From the human T2T-CHM13v2.0 reference genome, Homo sapiens, in NCBI RefSeq assembly GCF_009914755.1, contig NC_060948.1: 64,000 bases of DNA; one strand, 5' to 3'. A model generated the notes under the pieces. The model had not been told where the DNA came from. It did not search any database and was given only the letters and a program-made list of their open reading frames with translations. Shown in pieces: positions 56,954 to 64,000 of this stretch (position 1 is the stretch's first letter; the number at the start of each line of letters is the position of its first letter). The position numbers were made by a program, and so were the translations under genes.

Positions 56954-59900
56954 ATGCACTCGAATGCAATGGAGTCGAAACTAATGGACTGGAATAGAAT
57001 GGACTCGACTGGTACGGACTCCAATGGAATGGAATCGAATGGAAGGGAATCGAACGGAATGGACTCGAAGGGAAAAGACTGCAATGGAAAGGTCTCGAAT
57101 GGAATGGAAATTAATGGAATGGAATGGAATCGAATGAAATGGAGTCAAAAGGAATGGAATCGAATGGCAAGAAATCGAATGTAATGGAATCGCAAGGAAT
57201 TGATGTGAACGGAACGGAATGGAATGGAATCCAAAGGAATGGAATAGAATGGAATGGAATCGAATGGAAAGGACTCGAATGGAAATCACTCGAATAGAAT
57301 GCAATTTAATAAAATAGGATCAAATGTAATGGAATGGAATGGAAAGGAATCGAAACGAAAGGAATGGAGACAGATGGAATGGAATGGAACAGAGAGCAAT
57401 GGTATAGAATGGAATGGAATCATCTGGAATGGAATTGAATGGAATGGAATAATATGAAATGGAATGGAATGGAATGGAATGGAATGCCCTTGAATTAAAT
57501 GGACTGGAATGGAATGGACTCGAACAGAGTGGAATGGAAAGTGTTGAGATAGAATGGAATGGACTCCTTTGGAATGGTGTAGTATGCAATGCAATCGACT
57601 GGCAGGGAATCAAAAGGAATGTAATGGAATGGATTGGACTGGAATGCAATGGACTCGAATAGATTGGAAACGGAATGCAAAGGAATGGAATGGAATAGTA
57701 TGGAATGGAATGGAAAGGAATGGAGTGGAATAGACTAGAGTGGAATGGAATGGACTGGAAAGCAATGGACTGGAATGGAACTTTCTTGAATGGACTGGAA
57801 TCAAACGGAATGGAATGCAATGCAATCAAATGGCATGGAATAAAATAGAATGAAAGAGAATCAAATGGAATTGAATCGAATGGAATCGAATGGATTGGAA
57901 AGGAATAGAATGGAATGGAATGGAATTGACTCAAATGGAATGGACTAGAATGGAATGGATTCGAATGGAAGGCAAAGGAATGGAATCTATTGGAATGGAC
58001 TGTAATGGAATGGAATGGAAGGGATTGGAATGGACTCGAATGGAATGGACTGCAATAGAAAGGATTCGAATGGAATGAAAAAGAATTGAATGGAATAGAA
58101 CAGAATGGAATCAAATCGAATGAAATGGAATGGAATAGAAAGGAATGGAATGAAATGGAATGGAAAGGATTCGAATGGAATGCAATCGAATGGAATGGAA
58201 TCGAACGGAATGGAATAAAATGGAAGAAAACTGGCAAGAAATGGAATCGAAATGAATGGAGTGTTATGGAAAGGACTCAAAAAAATTGAATGTAATAGAA
58301 TGGAGTGGAGTGGACTCGAATATAATGGACTGGAATGGAATGAAATCACATGGAATGGGAACGAATGGAATGGAATGGAAAGGAATGGAATCGAATGGAA
58401 AGGAATCGAATAGAAGGGAATGAAATTGAATCAACAGGAATGGAAGGGAATAGAATAGACGGTAATGGAATGGACTCGAATAGAATGGACACGAAGGCTG
58501 AAATTGAATAGACTCGAATGGAATGGAAACGAAAGGAATGTCATCGAATGGAATTGAATCAATTGGAATGAAATCGTATAGAATGGAGTGGAATCAAATG
58601 GAATTGAATCGAAAGGAAAGGAAGCGAATGGACTGAAATGAAATGGAATGGAATTGAATGGAAAGTAATGCAATGGAATAGAATGGAACGAAATTTCACG
58701 GAATGGAATCAAACTGAATGGAATCAAATCAATGGAATCAAATCAAATGGAATGGAAAGGAATTGAATGGAGTAGATTGGATTGGATGGGATTGGAATGA
58801 AATGTACTGGAAAGGACTCGAATTTCATGAAACGGAATGGAATGAATTGGAACGGAATGGACTCGAATGGAATGGAATGTCATGGAATGGCATCAAATGG
58901 AATGGCATCAAATGGAATGGAATCGAATGCAATGGAATGCTATGGAATGGAATGGAATGCATTGGAATGGAATGTCCTCTAATGGAATGGATTCGAGTGG
59001 AATGGAATCGAATATAATGGAGTCGAATGAAATGGAATTGAAAGGAATGGGATCGAATACAATGGAATATACCGGAATGTAATGTAATGAACTCGAATGT
59101 AATTGACTGGAATGGAATGTACATGAATGGAATGTAATCGAATGGAAAGTAATCCAATGGAATAGAATCTAATGCAATAAAATCGACTCAGATAGAGTAG
59201 AATATAATGGAATGGAGTGCAGTGCAATGGAATGGAATGGAATGGAATGCAATGGAATGGAATGGAATGGAATGGAATGGAATGGAATGGAATGGGATGG
59301 GATGGAATGGTATGTAATGGATAGTAATGGATTGGAGTGAAATGGACTGGAAAGGAATGGACTCAAATTGAAAGGGCTCGAAAGGAATGGAGTCAAATGG
59401 AATGGTCTGGAATGGAATGAACAAGAATGTAATGCAATCCAATAGAATGGAATCGAATGGCATGGAATATAAAGAAATGGAATCGAAGAGAATGGAAACA
59501 AATGGAATGGAATTGAATGGAACGGAATTGAATGGAATGGGAACGAATGGAGTGAAATTGTATGCAGTAGAAGAGAATAGAATGGAATGCAAGCGAAAGG
59601 AAAGGAATGGATTGGAATGGAATGGAACTCATTGGAATGGAAGGGAATGTAGTGTAATGGACAGGCCTGGAATAAAGTGGAAAGCTACGGTCTCGAATGG
59701 AATAAAAATGTATGGAATGGAATGCAATGAAACGGAATCGAATGTCATAGAATGTAATGGAATGCAAAAAAATGGAATCCAAAATCATTGACTGGAAAGG
59801 CTGGGTGTCGAAAGGAATTGACTCCAATGGAATGGAATCGAATGGAATGGAAGTGAATAGAATCGAACTAAATCGAATGGAATGGAATTGATAGGAACGG

Positions 59901-60521
59901 AATGGAAAGGAATGCAATGATTTGGCATGGAATGGAATCGAATGGCATCGAATGGAATGGAATGGAATGCAATGGAATGGAATGTATTAGAATGTAATGA
60001 ACTTTAATGGAATGTACTCGAATGGATTCGACTGGAATGGAATGTTGTGGAAGTGAATGGACTCCAATGGAATGGATTCAAAAGGAATGGAATCGTACGG
60101 AATGGAATCTAATGGAATGGAATTAAATGGAAATGAATCAAATTGAATAGCACGGAATTGAATTGAATGGAATGGAATGCAATGGAATCTAATGAAACGG
60201 AAAGGAAAGGAATGGAATGGAATGGAATGGGCTGGAATGGAAAGGAATCGAAACGAATGGAATGGAATCGAACTGAAGAGACTGGAATGGAATGCACTGG
60301 AATGGAAGGGAGTGTAATGGAAGGTTCTCGAAAAAAATGGAATGGAATGGAATGGAATTGAATGGAACGGAATAGAGTCGAATGGAATTGAATGGAATGG
60401 AATGGACTAGAGTGAAATGGAATCGAACCACAAGGAATGGACAGGAATAGAATGGTCTCGAATTGAATGGAATCGTATGGAATGGCATCAAACGGAATGG
60501 AATGGACAGCCACGGAATGGA
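56954..60521 (+). repeat. DYZ1 unit 17 (3568 bp)
   Basis: Anchors 56954/60522; tract 105; net -1 at ~58280 (CTCAAAAAAATTG vs CTCAAAAGGAATTG); EcoRI site lost (GAACTC at 59625). Confidence 0.92.
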
Positions 60522-63500
60522 ATGCACTCGAATGCAATGGAGTCGAAACTAATGGACTGGAATAGAATGGACTCGACTGGTACGGACTCCAATGGAATGG
60601 AATCGAATGGAAGGGAATCGAACGGAATGGACTCGAAGGGAAAAGACTGCAATGGAAAGGTCTCGAATGGAATGGAAATTAATGGAATGGAATGGAATCG
60701 AATGAAATGGAGTCAAAAGGAATGGAATCGAATGGCAAGAAATCGAATGTAATGGAATCGCAAGGAATTGATGTGAACGGAACGGAATGGAATGGAATCC
60801 AAAGGAATGGAATAGAATGGAATGGAATCGAATGGAAAGGACTCGAATGGAAATCACTCGAATAGAATGCAATTTAATAAAATAGGATCAAATGTAATGG
60901 AATGGAATGGAAAGGAATCGAAACGAAAGGAATGGAGACAGATGGAATGGAATGGAACAGAGAGCAATGGTATAGAATGGAATGGAATCATCTGGAATGG
61001 AATTGAATGGAATGGAATAATATGAAATGGAATGGAATGGAATGGAATGGAATGCCCTTGAATTAAATGGACTGGACTCGAACAGAGTGGAATGGAAAGT
61101 GTTGAGATAGAATGGAATGGACTCGTTTGGAATGGTGTAGTATGCAATGCAATCGACTGGCAGGGAATCAAAAGGAATGTAATGGAATGGATTGGACTGG
61201 AATGCAATGGACTCGAATAGATTGGAAACGGAATGCAAAGGAATGGAATGGAATAGTATGGAATGGAATGGAAAGGAATGGAGTGGAATAGACTAGAGTG
61301 GAATGGAATGGACTGGAAAGCAATGGACTGGAATGGAACTTTCTTGAATGGACTGGAATCAAACGGAATGGAATGAAATGCAATCAAATGGCATGGAATA
61401 AAATAGAATGAAAGAGAATCAAATGGAATTGAATCGAATGGAATCGAATGGATTGGAAAGGAATAGAATGGAATGGAATGGAATTGACTCAAATGGAATG
61501 GACTAGAATGGAATGGATTCGAATGGAAGGCAAAGGAATGGAATCTATTGGAATGGACTGTAATGGAATGGAATGGAAGGGATTGGAATGGACTCGAATG
61601 GAATGGACTGCAATAGAAAGGATTCGAATGGAATGAAAAAGAATTGAATGGAATAGAACAGAATGGAATCAAATCGAATGAAATGGAATGGAATAGAAAG
61701 GAATGGAATGAAATGGAATGGAAAGGATTCGAATGGAATGCAATCGAATGGAATGGAATCGAACGGAATGGAATAAAATGGAAGAAAACTGGCAAGAAAT
61801 GGAATCGAAATGAATGGAGTGTTATGGAACGGACTCAAAAGGAATTGAATGTAATAGAATGGAGTGGAGTGGACTCGAATATAATGGACTGGAATGGAAT
61901 GAAATCACATGGAATGGGAACGAATGGAATGGAATGGAAAGGAATGGAATCGAATGGAAAGGAATCGAATGGAAGGGAATGAAATTGAATCAACAGGAAT
62001 GGAAGGGAATAGAATAGATGGTAATGGAATGGACTCGAATAGAATGGACACGAATGCTCAAATTGAATGGACTCGAATGGAATGGAAACGAAAGGAATGT
62101 CATCGAATGGAATTGAATCGATTGGAATGAAATCGCATAGAATGGAGTGGAATCAAATGGAATTGAATCGAAAGGAAAGGAAGCGAATGGACTGAAATGA
62201 AATGGAATGGAATTGAATGGAAAGTAATGCAATGGAATAGAATGGAACGAAATTTCACGGAATGGAATCAAACTGAATGGAATCAAATCAATGGAATCTA
62301 ATCAAATGGAATGGAAAGGAATTGAATGGAGTAGATTGGATTGGATGGGATTGGAATGAAATGTACTGGAAAGGACTCGAATTTCATGAAACGGAATGGA
62401 ATGAATTGGAACGGAATGGACTCGAATGGAATGGAATGTCATGGAATGGCATCAAATGGAATGGCATCAAATGGAATGGAATCGAATGCAATGGAATGTT
62501 ATGGAATGGAATGGAATGCATTGGAATGGAATGCCCTCTAATGGAATGGATTCGAGTGGAATGGAATCGAATATAATGGAGTCGAATGAAATGGAATTGA
62601 AAGGAATGGGATCGAATACAATGGAATATACTGGAATGTAATGTAATGAACTCGAATGTAATTGACTGGAATGGAATGTACATGAATGGAATGTAATCGA
62701 ATGGAAAGTAATCCAAAGGAATAGAATCTAATGCAATAAAACCGACCCAGATAGAGTAGAATGTAATGGAATGGAGTGCAGTGCAATGGAATGGAATGGA
62801 ATGGAATGCAATGGAATAGAATGGAATGGAATGGAATGGAATGGAATGGAATGGGATGGAATGGGATGGAATGGATAGTAATGGACTGGAGTGAAATGGA
62901 CTGGAAAGGAATGGACTCAAACTGAAAGGGCTCGAAAGGAATGGAGTCAAATGGAATGGTCTGGAATGGAATGAACACGAATGTAATGCAATCCAATAGA
63001 ATGGAATCGAATGGCATGGAATATAAAGAAATGGAAACGAAGAGACTGGAAACAAATGGAATGGAATTGAATGGAATGGAATTGAATGGAATGGGAACGA
63101 ATGGAGTGAAATTGTATGCAGTAGAAGAGAATAGAATGGAATGCAAGTGAAAGGAAAGGAATGGATTGGAATGGAATGGAATTCATTGGAATGGAAGGGA
63201 ATGTAGTGTAATGGACAGGCCTGGAATAAAGTGGAATGCTACGGTCTCGAATGGAATAAAAATGTATGGAATGGAATGCAATGAAACGGAATCGAATGTC
63301 ATAGAATGTAATGGAATGCAAAAAAATGGAATCCAAAATCATTGACTGGAAAGGCTGGGTGTCGAAAGGAATTGACTCCAATGGAATGGAATCGAATGGA
63401 ATGGAAGTGAATAGAATCGAACTAAATCGAATGGAATGGAATTGATAGGAACGGAATGGAAAGGAATGCAATGATTTGGCATGGAATGGAATCGAATGGC

Positions 63501-64000
63501 ATCGAATGGAATGGAATGGAATGCAATGGAATGGAATGTATTAGAATGTAATGAACTTTAATGGAATGTACTCGAATGGATTCGACTGGAATGGAATGTT
63601 CTGGAAGTGAATGGACTCCAATGGAATGGATTCAAAAGGAATGGAATCGTACGGAATGGAATCTAATGGAATGGAATTAAATGGAAATGAATCAAATTGA
63701 ATAGCACGGAATTGAATTGAATGGAATGGAATGCAATGGAATCTAATGAAACGGAAAGGAAAGGAATGGAATGGAATGGAATGGGCTGGAAAGGAAAGGA
63801 ATCGAAACGAATGGAATGGAATCGAACTGAAGAGACTGGAATGGAATGCACTGGAATGGAAGGGAGTGTAATGGAAGGTTCTCGAAAAAAATGGAATGGA
63901 ATGGAATGGAATTGAATGGAACGGAATAGAGTCGAATGGAATTGAATGGAATGGAATGGACTAGAGTGAAATGGAATCGAACCACAAGGAATGGACAGGA
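60522..64000 (+). repeat. DYZ1 unit 18 (truncated by the window end, about 75 bp short)
   Basis: Anchor 60522; tract 100; -10 at ~61075. Confidence 0.9.

Larger units (their letters stand above)
1..64000 (+). repeat. DYZ1: Human satellite III (HSat3) array, DYZ1 family (Yq12 heterochromatin); GGAAT strand is +
   Basis: Degenerate GGAAT pentamers (variants CGAAT, GGACT, GCAAT, TGAAT, AGAAT) run end to end. Landmark words such as GGACAGGCCTGGAATAAAG, TTTAATAAAATAGG and CATCTGG recur every 3534-3584 bp. A ~3.56-kb unit with single HaeIII and EcoRI sites is the established DYZ1 organisation. Confidence 0.96.

Noticed and set aside
493-61795. Long minus-strand ORFs of 262-318 aa (MPVFFHFIPF..., FHSIP repeats), about one per unit
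   Set aside because: (ATTCC)n has no stop codon in any frame, so long ORFs are expected. The products are FHSIP low-complexity sequence with no domain, and the frames are broken freely by 5- and 10-bp indels between units.
28-63915. Plus-strand MEWNG-repeat ORFs (62-167 aa)
   Set aside because: These are direct translations of GGAAT, with an ATG every 5 bp. Length differences such as 134 vs 167 aa come from an A6/A7 homopolymer slip. There is no coding signature.
1-64000. CRISPR-like or repeat-spacer array
   Set aside because: There are no unique spacers; every 'unique' word recurs in each 3.56-kb unit, and there are no cas-like ORFs.
1-64000. Hidden insertion, inversion, Alu/L1 fragment or DYZ2 block
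   Set aside because: All 17 complete unit lengths are accounted for by the core, the tract and small indels. No ATTCC-strand segment or non-satellite stretch was seen.
1-64000. Alternative identity as HSat2, chromosome 9 HSat3, alpha satellite or telomeric repeat
   Set aside because: It lacks the CATTCGATTC-dominated HSat2 pattern, the 171-bp alphoid monomer and TTAGGG arrays. The 3.56-kb period and landmark sites fit DYZ1.

Overview
The whole window is one uninterrupted, single-orientation (GGAAT)n satellite: human satellite III organised as a ~3.56-kb higher-order tandem repeat. It contains 17 complete units and one truncated unit. The unit length (3534-3584 bp, one unit exactly 3564 bp), one canonical HaeIII/StuI site and one canonical EcoRI site per unit, and an exact match to the classic Y-sexing primer pair as I recall it identify it as DYZ1 of the Yq12 heterochromatin. 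There are no genes, RNA genes, transposons or CRISPR arrays. Every ORF in the track is a translation artefact of the pentamer. I found no new protein-coding system. The notable structure is non-coding: (i) three perfect nGAAnnTTCnnGAAn heat-shock elements in nearly every unit; (ii) a 3464-bp core plus one hypervariable GGAAT/GGGAT tract that, with a few visible indels, explains every unit length; (iii) four fixed pentamer-register breaks; (iv) recent local duplications, including a ~7.13-kb dimer; (v) mosaic variant sharing and clustered private mutations. All counts were made by eye.
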